A stretch of 63,782 bases of DNA, filler included, from Folioceros fuciformis (lineage: Eukaryota), in NCBI GenBank assembly GCA_049999805.1. It is 13 parts of 13 records of this genome, joined end to end, with 100 filler letters (N's around TTAATTAATTAA, not from the genome) between each part and the next. Parts side by side here need not be neighbours in the genome. Positions count along the whole stretch, not along the records: positions 19,887 to 24,544 come from JBNGIO010003219.1; positions 24,645 to 25,805 come from JBNGIO010003220.1; positions 25,906 to 39,777 come from JBNGIO010003221.1; 10 more parts are not named here. One strand, given 5' to 3'. Position numbers and translations under genes: made by a program. Below are positions 23,441 through 36,114 of this stretch, piece after piece; position 1 is the first letter of the stretch, and each line of letters starts with the position of its first letter. Under the pieces are notes generated by a model. It saw only the letters and a list, made by a program, of their open reading frames with translations. It was not told the origin of the DNA and did no database searches.

Positions 23441-25637
23441 AAAGGATACCAACATTCAGCGTCGTCGAAGTCCACCACATGCACAAGTGACAGAGTTGAA
23501 GGTTCCAATCAATTCCCTTACGTGTATACGACGTGCTGGTCATATTTGCATTGCAGGTTGTGGAGCACTGCAGGCTCATTCAGCCGGGGATGTCGGGTTT
23601 CGGGCAGTCGGGCCGACAGACAGACTGCCCGACGCAGATCAGATGCTGTCCTTACAAGAGACAAAGTTTGTACAGTTACATACTTACAAAGGACCGGATG
23701 GAATCCCATTTAGGGAGGACTGAGTGTCACGTGTTGACCCCACTCGCCAGGTATAAGTACCGTAATGTAGTTTTACGTGTACAACGCAGGCAGCTGCTGG
23801 TGGATGCGGCCTATAAGGAGGCTATATACAGTACATGTATTGCCCTGTGGGCCGTATTCAGGGCATGTATTGCCATGTAGGATTTCCGGCATAACTCACC
23901 ACGTACGTAGTATTTCGTACGAGTAAAACGGGTGGTTAAATTCCAGTGGAAAGCGGGAGTTCCTGGTGAATCGTGATACCCTCGGGGACCACCACCGAGC
24001 TTCCAGCGCCACAGGTTGGTTGCCGGCGCCCAGAAAAAGGCAGTGTCGTTTCTTTTCCTGTTTGGCGTCGTTTCTTTTCCTTTTTGGCGTCGTTTCTTTT
24101 CTTTTTTGGCTTGCACCTCCAAAGGGACGTGTAAACCCTGTGTTTGTAATATTACCTAGACAGAGGGCACGCGTACCCGCCCCTGGGACTGGTCAAACTG
24201 ACACCTGGATTACCTAGCCCGAACCGGCTAGCCGTCGCCCGAACCGGGGACACCCTTAAACCCTTAAATGTACAAGGTGGGCCACGGATGTGTATTGAAG
24301 TTCACATCACGTGTGCTTGTTAGGTGTGAAGTGCGGCTTTGGATCGCTGGGTTTGCTCGGGCCACGAATGGCACGGCCGGACGCGTGGCGGATCTCAGCC
24401 TGTAAGAGTGCCTATATAAGAGTGCCTATAGAGTGCAATATGCCCAAGGTCCTCCTCTGCTTGCTTGTAGACGCAGCCGTTGCGCGTCCCCGAATTGTGT
24501 TGAAGGTGGCCGCTTCCCCTTCGATAGCACTGCGTGAAACAGCCNNNNNNNNNNNNNNNNNNNNNNNNNNNNNNNNNNNNNNNNNNNNTTAATTAATTAA
24601 NNNNNNNNNNNNNNNNNNNNNNNNNNNNNNNNNNNNNNNNNNNNATGTACCCTAACCGTAAGGGTGCATGACCGTTGGTGCAGGTGTCACGAGACAGGCT
24701 TCCCTTTCCTGCTGAAACGTCGCAAGTCACGGCGATTCAGATCTGAGCTTGCTGTTGACCTCTGTTGCTGCGAAGTTGGTCACTTTTTCAGCATCTAATC
24801 TATCTCGAGCGGGAACCAAAGTCGGAAGATACAATGCTACGTGAGGTTGAACAACAGAGATTGTGTGTCACGGCGATTCTGGCTGCATACAACTTCCAGC
24901 AAATAATTCAGGTCTCAAGACAGCAACTCCAAACGTCCGTTGGTATCTGTGAAGGATTCAAGCCTGTCTGTGAGGTCCACGTGCATACGTACTGAGTTCA
25001 AACCCTGTCTGGCGATCAGCCTAAGCAGGGTTTCCTCCGTTCTGGTCAGACGGTCACTCAATACTCTGTATACATCAAGGATTTCAGGGAACAAGGTTGC
25101 AATCTCTTGATCTTCCTCTCGTCTTAGATCAGCAGGTGTGTGAATAGGGCTGGCGTCTTCGTCGTTTGCTATAGGAATAGACGGACGCCTGTTTCTGTCG
25201 TTTGCAGATCTATTCAATCTGGCAGATCGCTTGTGAGAAGGCATTTTCCAGAATTTAGGATAACAGAAAATGCTGTCATAATTTCTTTTAATTTATTATA
25301 ATTATTGCTGACAATTGTGTGCAGGAGGAGCATCCTGGGCTTCAGCAGAAACTCCCAGTTATATGTAAATAATTGTGGGATTTTGCTGAAATCCCGGTTG
25401 CTTTTCCAAAACACTAAATGTTCGTCGATTCAACCGTTGCGATATCACAATAGCAACCTGGTCATGATTGCCATTTGTCATGAGATAATACCAGTAAGAT
25501 AACCAAAATAAGGCATTAATTGCCTCAATCCACAAACGCCGGAGAATTTCATATTCACTCCATTGTGTGCCAAGATATGCATATCGTGTGGTTAGTTTGG
25601 ATCTGGTCATAATCTCAAGGTGAGCATCGAAAGCAGG

Positions 25638-25649
25638 GCTCTGATACCA
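25638..25649 (-). promoter_or_regulatory. tRNA-iMet primer binding site
   Basis: Minus strand reads ...AACA|TGGTATCAGAGC. Confidence 0.85.
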
Positions 25650-25805
25650 TGTTCGGTTTGAACCATGGTCAGAATGCACGAGAGAAAACAAAGCACAATC
25701 TAATTCAGAATAAAAACAGATAATACAAAAAACGAATAAGTGTTGGTCTTTTATACTAAAACAACCCTTCACTATACAACCTTTGGATATATCACTCTAA
25801 CCTAT
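25650..25805 (-). mobile_element. 3' part of a 5' LTR
   Basis: Ends in CA immediately before the PBS; TATAAAA and T-rich U5-like tract on the minus strand. Confidence 0.7.
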
Positions 25806-25905
25806 NNNNNNNNNNNNNNNNNNNNNNNNNNNNNNNNNNNNNNNNNNNNTTAATTAATTAANNNNNNNNNNNNNNNNNNNNNNNNNNNNNNNNNNNNNNN
25901 NNNNN

Positions 25906-26177
25906 CTTGTCGAGACCAGGTCACATGGGCAGGGGTGTTTGCTGCTGGCTCTGGGTCTGTTCCATTGACAATCGCCCACAAGTCGTGTTCTTCGAAAATT
26001 GCCTGCATCCTCATTGCCCAGATGTCGAATTCGACACCTGCAAACCTGTCTCGATCTCTTATTTCGACTTTCACGTTGGTGATGTTGTTCGTGACCGTGT
26101 TGGTCACGTTTCCTCCTGGAGGGGGAGGTGGTGGTGAAGCACCTGTGCCACTGGTGACGCTAGCACCAGTGGACATC
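25906..26177 (-). mobile_element. Ty1/copia gag N-terminus (truncated by spacer)
   Basis: RDRFAGVEFDIWAMRMQAIFEEHDLWAIVNG, typical copia gag N-terminal motif. Confidence 0.85.
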
Positions 26178-27294
26178 TTTTGAGGCCGCTTCTTCTTTGG
26201 GGGTTTTGGCAGGTGTGTGCCAAGACCTCTAGGCCTCCAGTGGTGTGGATACTCCTCCAGGATCAAGAGGAGAAGAAGGAGAGGTCCTGCTCCACATTTA
26301 CCAATTTCTTTGCTTCAGTGATGCTGGATGCTACGCGCACTTCGCTGATGAAGACGTAGTGTAGCTTTTCTACCAATCTGTGCAATTTGCAGACCTGATG
26401 TTCTAACTTAGCAAGGTCTGGTTTTGGCAAATGATTTTTAAGATCAGGACTTAAGTAACTTAATTTAGAGATCTACTTGTGTTGATGAGAGTGACAGCAA
26501 CAAGTGCGCCTGTTCTAGGCAGCCGCGCGTGGGCGCGTGAACGGAGATTCTGACCACCTGCACTGATCTTGTATCAGATCAGGGTGCCAGCCACAAGAGT
26601 TGTGGCTGTAGTGTCTTTCGGATGTCGACCGAGATTGCGCCCTGACGTGAAGATGCCTTCGGTTAGGCATTTTCAATTTGCAAGGCACTGATTAAGCGGA
26701 GTGGCCAGCGCATGATGATAACCAGCCCAAGTCTGTGAGGCAGCCATGGAGTTGGCAATAGCGCTGGGACTGAGCGGCCATTATACAAATTTGTGGTCGG
26801 CTTACATATCGCTCCTATACCAATTCAGTAAACCAAACCGTGCAGCGGTAGTGTGATCGGAAGAGATGAACAAGGAATGAATTAGACTGAACAACTATGG
26901 GGAGGGACGCCCGTGGCGAACCTAGAGTGTACCCAACCGTCATGTCCAACGGTCGTGTCATAACAATGTGACTATTCAGATGGTGCTTAGTGAGATGGCC
27001 CTAACCCTAATTAACTAACCAGGATAAGGCTGTTCTAGAGTTAACTAGACCTACTATCATACAGACCAATCGTGGAACTAGATAGTATCAAGGAATTTTA
27101 CTGTTGGCAACCCACAATTTTGCCTAGTTTCTTAGTAAACATGATGAATACGAAGTGCTTCGTGACCATTGTTCAATATATTTGGAGGTCTTCCACACCA
27201 AATAGCATGAATCATGGATATGTGCCACAAAAAATAATGGAGAAAATCACCCGAAGCCTGATTTGGGGGAATACGACCGTTAGGCGCACATTTT

Positions 27295-30200
27295 GTTATG
27301 TAGAAAAGCAGTTGTAACATCCATTTGTTGTAAGTCTAAATCTAACTCAACTGCTAAGGCTAACAAGTATCTTATAGTTTGCAACTTAACTAGAGGCGAA
27401 AATGTCTCATGATAATCAACACCCGGAACTTGGCTATACCCCTTAGCACACAAACGTGCCTTGTAACGTTCTACACTACCATCTGCTTTCAATTTAATAC
27501 GAAACACCCACTTACATTGTATAGGCTTTCTATCATAAGGAAGCTTAACTAATTCCCAAGTATTATTTTCTATTAAACTATTGTACTCGGACTGAATAGC
27601 TGCCTCTTACTTCTCCTTGTCAGGTCTAGACAAAGCATCTTCACGTGTAGCAGGTTCAATAAGATCTATGGCTGCTATGTAAGCTTGGACTAAAGAGGCA
27701 TGTCCAGAAGTTAAAGTGTTAGAGTCTAAATTAGGTTCATTTTCTAAATTTGGTAAAGGCCCAACTAATGAATTATTATTTGAAATGGGTGTAGGTGAAA
27801 CATATGGTGCACAAACAAGAGCCGAAACAGGCTCCAAGGATGTGGCTTGGGGCACGCGTGGTTCTGTGTACCAGGAGGAGAGTGCATGATTAGATGTACG
27901 CCCGGGTTGAGCATGCGAGGAGGTGCATCCCTCCCTAGGTGTTGTATGCGCATCTTCAAGGTGGTAGGATTCATACCAAGCTGGGGGTTTGCGCACCCTT
28001 GTGGAGTGACGCGCGACAGGGGCTGCAGGCGCTAAGGAGCCATCATTCCCAGATGTGCTGGCCAGATTGTGTGGATCAGGTTGCTGCGAATGTGAGGGAG
28101 TGAGCGCTGCGGGTGTAGGGGCAGATTGTAGGCGCTGAGGTGCTGGTTGAACAGGGGTTGCTAGTTGGGAGGTCTAGGGGTCTGAGGAGGGTGCAGGCTG
28201 TGCATGTGGAGTGGGTACCTGAATGGGCATTGGCCCTTGTGCAGTGTGTGCAGGCTATGCGCTCCCATGATCCTCCCATGATCCAGATGGCTGCTGGTCA
28301 TCATCACTCCCACTCACATCTGCAAGGTCAGAATCCAAAGGAATTGCAACCTTGCCAGGATCGGTTGGTTCAGACACTACAGGATGGTCCATTCCCCTCC
28401 CTCTGCGGCTATCTAGCAGAAATTGCTCGTCAATAATCACACTCCTTGAATAAGTGACCCGCTGAGTCTCGGGGTTCACCAGCTTATATCCCTTGACTTC
28501 TTCAGTATATCCCACAAACAGCATCTTGCTGGCCTTGTCGTCAAGCTTTTGACGAAGTTGTGTGGGAATGTGTGCATATGTAGGTGTCCCGAAGATATGA
28601 AGATGCAGCAGCTTGGGTTTACGACCCGTCCAACCATCATAAGGAGTGACACCAGTAACAGCAGAAGTTGGAAGTCGGTTCTTGATGGAGGTCACCGTTG
28701 AAATAGCTTCTGCCCAATATTTGTGAGAGTCCAGAATTGTTCAGCATGGCTCGAACAGCTTCAACAAGCCATTGATCACATTGCTCGGCCACACCGTTTT
28801 GGGCTTGAGAATAAGGTACACTTCTCTGCATGATTATGCCTCAGGAGTTGCACAGATGTGCAAAGGCACCAGCTACAAACTCCCCTCCACCATTTGTACG
28901 CACAGCTTTCAGCTTGACATTAAGTTGTTGTTCAGCCATGTTGATGTACTCAAGAAATCTGTCTACAGCATTTGACTTATGCTGTAGAAAATATGTGAGT
29001 CATTCTGGTGGCGTCGTCCACAATAGGCATGAAATAAAGGGACTGATTAAAAGAAGCAACTAGCATAGGACCACATAGGTCTGTGTGGACCAGTTCTAAT
29101 GGACAGGGTGCTCGTGCTGCAGGACCAACAGGATAGGGGGACACACGACTCTTGGTATACACACATGATTCACAGAATGGCAAAGGAGACAACTGAGGTA
29201 GGGATTTTGAGTACAGGTTGCTTTGGCTGAGAGTTACTAACTTACGTGAGTTAACATGTGCTAGCCTATGGTGCCATAGCACAGATTGCTTAGGCTGAGT
29301 TAAATTGGCAATGTTGGTAACAGGTGTTGGGGACAGATCTATCTTGTATAGGTCATTGAAGGGTCGACCAATGCAGAGACATGACACACTAGGAGAACTG
29401 ATTGTGTCCTGGATCATGCAGGTGTCTCCAGCAAAATGAAAGCTGTACTCATTTGATATTGTAAGTCTACGAACTGAAACTAAGTTCTTTGACATTTGTG
29501 GGACATGGTAAACATCCTCTAACTTCAAAATTCTCCCTCCCTCACTAGACAACAACACAATGCCTCTTCGTTGTACCTGAAGGCCACTATCATCACCCAG
29601 CAATATGAAACTACCTGGTTCACAAGGATGGTAAGCAGAAAAGAAGGACCTTGTGTGACAAGTATGAGTTGAAGTGCCACTATCAATGTACCAGCTGTGG
29701 GTATCATTCTTGGAGGTAACCAAATATACTGCTAAGAGTACTTGTGATTTTTGCTGTACAATGTTTGTTGAAGGTGGTAATCTTCTCCTAGGCTCTCCAG
29801 CTTTTTCCTACGACACTCTTTTTCGTAATGGCTTGTTAAATATATAAGCTGGCACGGCTTAGGGTTTAGAAATATATTGTTATAGTCATACATCCAAAAG
29901 ACACCTTAAGTAGGGTTGCCTAGATAGAAGTACTTAGAACACACAAACCTACTTTACTTGTATGGTATTATGTTTATGTTCTCAATTAGACCTTTGCTTT
30001 GTTTTCCTTTTTGCACTCTGACCATGGTTCTACCCGAACATGGCCTTCTACTTGGCACCAATGACAGGCTCCTTTTCTCCTTGGTGCTGAAGATGGCCTA
30101 TTGTTGTAAGGAGAACGGCCTCGTCCGCGTCCTCATCCTCATCCTCTCCCTCTGCCTCGTACTACAAAGAGAGCTCGACCTTGGGCTGTAGCATTTGATG

Positions 30201-30899
30201 TGACAGCCTGACCACGTGTGGCTTCTTCCTCTATGAGAGCCCCCATTACTTCTGATGTGGTGAAATCCAAACCTTGCCCCCTTTTGGCTGCAAGTTGTGC
30301 TTGTTTTATGGCTCCATTTTGTGTTGTCTTGAAGGTGCGATAATTTTTGGGAAGAGAACTCAACAAGGCTAGGGCTGCTTGAGCCTCAGTCAACGTCGTC
30401 CCACAAGATGCCAATCGAGCCTGTGCTGCCCTAAACTTCATTATGTGTTCAGAAACAGCTTCACTTTCACCCATCTGCATTTGGCAAATGCCTTTGTTGC
30501 ATTTATTACACTCATTGCATCTACTACGTCGTAGAGTTGGTTCAGGTTGGTCCATGTTGTGGTTGCATCTACAGCCCCTGTCACGTGATGAGCAGTGGTC
30601 CTATCAAGTCCAGATAAGATCACATTTCTTGCTTTTCTATCGGTCTTCTCCCATGTCGCTTAATCCATTGCTGATGCTGGATTAGTTCCTGTTGTGACAA
30701 GTTTGGGAGAAATGCCATCCGTGATTGTCCAGAGGTCATTGTCCTCAAGAATGGAACGCATACTTATGGACCAAATGTCGTAATCAGTTTCTGAGAATCT
30801 ATCTCTTTCCTTAAAATCAATTTTAATTGTGTTATTGATTGTTGTTGTTGTCGTGGAGGTATTTGCTGAGGTAGTTGAGGAGGTATTTGTTGAGGCCAT
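27295..30899 (-). mobile_element. Degenerate Ty1/copia gag-pol, truncated within RT
   Basis: gag (DYDIWSISMRSILEDNDLW), protease WYIDSGTSTH, LWHHRLAH, VHTDLCGP, NGVAE, RT RYKARLCAKGYSQVPGVDY...MDVTTAFL. Many disruptions. Confidence 0.92.
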
Positions 30900-31479
30900 G
30901 TTTGCTTGAGGATATTTGATGTGTGTTGTACGTTCTGTGTGGGGGTGACCACATCTAGGATTTCTAACCAAATCCTAATCGTACTCTAGACCCGACAACT
31001 CATTTACAGCAAGATTAGACAACGTATTTTCCATACATTGGATATTTGGTAAATTCCCATCTGTAGCTATTTTGACCTTTCTATTCTGCACTGCCTTATG
31101 ATTCAATCTAAAAAGTTGTGAGACCTTTTGATCTAAATAGTGTAATGCCCTGTGCTGGTTGGTTATTTCTGATTACCTTTGAGTGATCAACTTAATCAAG
31201 TTGCATGCTGCTAGACAGTGACACTTCTCAAAGTTTTGAAGAAATGCCCAAATCTGGAGTTGACGAGATTCTATGGTCTCTATCTGTAATTCAAACGCTT
31301 GTGTGGGTTTTTTTCGCGAAGAAAATAATTCTGATTAATATGATAATCCTCTTACAATACTAAGGGGACCCTACTCATGTATTTACAAAGCATGAGTACC
31401 ATGACCAGGAGGAAAAACCGACCTCGTGCCTAGACCATAGGACAGGATGTAGAAAACACTCCTCATCACCTTGACTCTA

Positions 31480-34400
31480 GCAGACTGCTAAGACCATTCA
31501 CCTTCTAAATCCATTTAGTTTTAAACCTCAACTTTCCCAAAGACCGTGGGCGTTCACCTACCCCAAGGGTAGGTGTGATTCCAATGTTCTTCATTCCCAG
31601 GAACTAGGAAACCCGCCGACTTCCACTCCTTCTGCTTGAATCGTTTCCAATAGGACTGCCTCATACCTTTTGCTGCAATCAATAGGTGCTCCTAGATGCG
31701 CCATAGCAGAGCTTTAGATGAGGCTGACACCGAACCTCCATATACCACAGAAGACCAGTTGACCCAAAGGTGGAAAAGATAAGAAGACCACAATAACCCC
31801 CAGCATTGTGACGGAAGTAGAGCTTTGCCCGATGTTGCATCCAACCCAAAGAGGGCAGTTTGTTTCGTGATCCTGAGGTTGGTGCTGGGAAGAATTCTAT
31901 GCAACCACCTGCCCACCTTACTCCATATCTCCTGGGCAAAGCTGCAGTGGAAGAACATGTGCTGACTGTTTGGAGCACCCGAGGAGCACAATCGACACTG
32001 GTCTTCTCCCGTAGCCACCAACAACCCATCCCATCGATCCGCATTAGGCAAATAAGCTTGAAAAAAACACCAAACTGTCGTCCTAACCTTGGCGGGAATT
32101 CCGTCCGTCTGACTTCCAAAGTAGCTTGATAGCTTCCTTTTGTCGCCGCACAGAAAGCTGTAGCTGGGGAGCCATTGGATGCCTTTGTCTGATTTTTGGC
32201 ACTCGCACCAGCCAGAGGAATATGTCGGCTATTAGGAAGTTGAAGAATGACCGAAGGCTGTCCGCCTTGCACCCTGGACGTCTGGGCCATTTGTAGAGAT
32301 CTGGTCTTAATGCCAAATCCCAATTCTCCGCAAGGCGGAACCAACATCGGACACCTGGTTTGTCCAAGGTTGATTGTCCACTAGGGCCTTCGAGTTGAGT
32401 GAACCACCGCCCTGCATGACCAGACTTAGAGAGGACCGTGATGGCCCGTAGTTCCCCTCTTCGGACATCACCATCGTTCTTGCCCTGACGTTCCAAAAGC
32501 CCTTCGGGCGACATGACCTTGAACGTTTGCAAGTTTTCTTTGTCAGCCGTACCTGAAAGCCAAATACCCCTATCCAATTCAAAGTCATCCTCCTATTCAT
32601 CCTCCTCAGAATCTGCGTCCTTACTACCCATGGAGTACGTATACAACCCCTCAGCGTCCAGGGAAGGTTGTTGCCTTAAAACCTATTGAACCTTATCCTC
32701 TAGTCCCTCTTGCAGCCATGAAAAAATGAGCCTAACATGTCTAGCTACTAACTCAAATTCTTCCTTGACCTCCGCCACCTCTTTCCAACGGGCCTCTGAT
32801 CAGTTCCATAAGTGACCAAGTTGGTTAACTCCTTTCCGACACACCAAACCGAAGATTTGTGACCGATATACCCTAGCCCTAAATTCTTGAGCCCACAGTC
32901 TTGAGAATCCTTGCAAAGGCACTCCCAGAACGTCATCAACCTACATGGGGTTACCTGGGACAATGTACCACTTGACTTCTAAGTAGCCGCTCTAGATTGA
33001 CTTGAAGAGTGAGAAGCACTCTACAGTACTTGTCTGCAAGGATGTTGTCAATAGATCTCCTTCCCTGAGGAACAGCTTGCGTGCACTCCAGATGCTGTGT
33101 TAGCAGACTCTTCCAAGGGTAGTAGGCAAGATCCACCGCCCTGACAACCCATTGAGCATGCAAGACTTTCATCTTGGCAACCGGGTCAATCACCCCTAGG
33201 CCCCCCAATCATCGTGCCTGAATAATGTGATGCCAAGCCACCTTAGAGCACCTCGCTGAGTTGTCCCCCGCACGGTTCCACAGGAATGAGGTCAACATCT
33301 GTTGCAGCCGTTTCACCTCTGCATTGGAAGGGGCCCACAAGAACAAATAACACCAAAGAGAGGCTATTAGGATATGGTTAATCACCACCAACCTTCCTGC
33401 CAAGTTAAGTTCCAACATCTGCAAGCTCACCGCTTTACGAATGAATATGAGGAACGCATACTTCCCTATCTCGCCGTTCTCATCCCCTTCATGGAAGGGA
33501 AGTCCCAAATACTTGTGAGTGGACCCTTGCGACACCCTCAGGATATGGCAGATGCATCAAGGCAGCTCCCCTTCTGTGTGTAGACACATCATGCGGGTCT
33601 TCCCCCAATTAACCTTGCAACCCAACAACTCCCCAAAAGCCTCAACCTTCCGGAGCAAAGCATTCAAAGAGGTCTCCTCTGCCGAAGAAAAATTAAGGGT
33701 ATCATCTGCAAACGCCGAGACCCTTAACTGCGATCCATCTGGATTGTGAACACCCTTGACTGCCTGATCTTGCTTAACTGCCCGGAGGAAGAAGTCATTC
33801 ACGATAATAAATAAAAATGGAGCCAGGGGGCACCCCTGACGTACCGACCGATGAATGCCAAAACGCTCCGTAAACGCTCCATTAATGGCTACCTTGGCTC
33901 CTGCATCTTCACACAAAATGGCAAACCCCCCACAGAAGTTATTCCCAAACCCAAAGCTACGCAAGCATCTCCACAAAAAGTGCCACTCAATGGAATCATA
34001 CGCCTTGCAAAAGTCTAGGGAGATGAAGACAACAGCTTTCTTCTGAACCTGGACATTGTCCTTAGCTTCCCGCAAGAGTAGAAGGTTGTCCAGAATGCAT
34101 CGATTTTGGATGAACCCCCTCTGCTCTTTCTCAATCCAATTGTCCATAAAAGGCTTGATGCAGTTGGCCAGTACCTTGGCTATCACCTTGTACGTAGTTG
34201 TAAGTAGGGTGATTGGGCGCCAATTGGAGATTGATAGACTGGCGTCTTGCTTAGGTGATGACCCCCATGTTGAACCAACTCCCCATGCTGCCCTCTTCCC
34301 AGATCATGGCCATGGCCTCCATGAATAAAGGCTCTATAAACTCCTAGCCCCAAAGCAGGAACTCGGGCGGGATACCATTGTGCCCTAGGGATTTATTCCT

Positions 34401-36108
34401 CGGCATCCCCTTAAGAGCCTGGAGTACTTCCTCAACTGTAGTCGGCTTATTCAATGCCTTGCGTTGGGCCTCGGACACCTTAGCCGAGAGTGATCCGTAG
34501 GAAGCTGACCACAGCTGTTCCCACCCCGCCACCTTCCCCACACTCGAGAAAATACCCACAAAGAAGAGGGTAATGAGCTTTTTTAAACCTTCCAGCGACT
34601 ATTGCATCACTCCTTGAGCATCTGGAAGAGCAGGAATTCTTGACCTGTGCCGGTTAGTAGCACCTTGTGGAAGAAGAACTTAGACGGGCCGTCCCCTTCC
34701 CTCACCCACTTGACCTTAGCCCTTTTAAACCAGCCTCTGGCTCTGTCTTCTTCCAACTTGGCCAACGCGCATTGTACCTCCGTTTTCTGGGCTGCTTCCT
34801 CAATTGTGAAGTCTCGCTCCTCCCCTTTCCTTTGCAACCAGCTTAGTTCCTCTCTCCAAAGCATTCTTGTTGACGCAACTCCTTCGCCCGTTGGACCCCC
34901 TGCCTCCTCAAGTATCTAGTTGCTTCTCTTTTAGCGTAGATCAATCTAGAAATAGCAGGCTCTTCCCCCGTTCTAATCCTTGCCAGATGTTTTTGACATC
35001 CTCAAACACCCTTTTCTCCTTGAGAAAGGACTTGTTCATTCGAAAGCTTTCCATATGCCTCCTTCGTCACCCCGAGTCCGGCGCAAGCCTCAAGTGCAGG
35101 CTAATTAGATGATGATCAGACAAGATCGTACCAGCGAGGATACTGTACGCGTGCACACAGGCCAACCACCCAGCAGGAACATAGAACCTGTCTAGCCTGC
35201 GCGCTCCCAAATTCTGCTGTTGTTGGTTAGTTCAGCTGATCTTCAAGGATTGCGGTTGACGATGCGCTGGGAGGGCTAACCACAAGTCCTGAACAGCCAA
35301 GACGGTATCTCTTAGTTCCTGCCAAGACATAGGCACCGACTGAATATCAACAGGGCTCTCCCCTCGGATATCCTCCCGCCTTTCAACAAAGTTGAAATCC
35401 CCAGCCAGCATCCACGGGATGTGCTCATCCAGATGTTCCCCCAACCTGCACCAGAGATTGCTTCAAGGATTGTGGTTGACGTTGCGCTGGGAGGGCTAAC
35501 CACGGGTCCTGAACAACCAAGATGATATCTCTTAGTTCCTGCCAAGACATGGGCACCGACCGAATATCAGCAGGGCTGTCCCCTCGAATATCCTCTCGCA
35601 TTTCAACAAAGTTGAAATCCCCAGCCAGCATCCACGGGATTTGCTCATCCAGATGTTCCCCCAACCTGCACCAGAGATTGCTCCTATTGGTGGCAGCATT
35701 GGGAGCATAGATGTTACATATGCCAAGTGGGCCTTGGGTTGTTTGCATCACCAGCCACACAAATCTTCCACCTTCATCGTGGCCCATCTCCAAGATATTG
35801 TGAGTGTGTTCTTGGTTTATAGTAATGGACACACCTCCCCGGGTTGCTGATACTCGCTGAGTCGAATGTCCCCCATTGTTTACATCTTCTGCTCTAGCTG
35901 CCACCCATTCTGTTCTACTTGGAAGGAAAACCTTCTTCACTCTCTGGATATGCTCCGTAGAAAGTTTATGCTCCTGTAGGCAAACAATATCCCAAGTGAC
36001 CTCCTTTTCTAACAAGTGTTTTAGTCTCCTACACTTCGAGGCCGTCTTTGACCAACCCCCTAAGCCTCTAACATTCCATGAAATGATTCGCAGGTGAGGC
36101 CCCCTCAT
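31480..36108 (-). mobile_element. L1-clade LINE ORF2 (APE endonuclease, RT, zf-RVT), disrupted
   Basis: SWNVRGLG, CLQEHK, NIYAPN, GDFN; RT LDFCKAYD, RQGCPLAP, FADD; GGLGV; C-terminal CRLC....SQHMFFHC. Short A-tract at about 31308 is a candidate 3' end. Confidence 0.93.
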
Positions 36109-36114
36109 AGTTTT

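Noticed and set aside
23725-24544. Possible LTR inserted upstream in the myosin pseudogene
   Set aside because: TG start and compositional shift only; no second boundary, PBS or TSD visible
24645-25805. Endogenous caulimovirus call
   Set aside because: PBS directly follows an LTR-like CA end, and no movement, coat or RT domain is visible; kept only as an alternative in findings
26809-26824. TGGTATAGGAGCG (minus) as a PBS for the copia at 25906-26177
   Set aside because: Imperfect tRNA-Met match and not preceded by a CA LTR end
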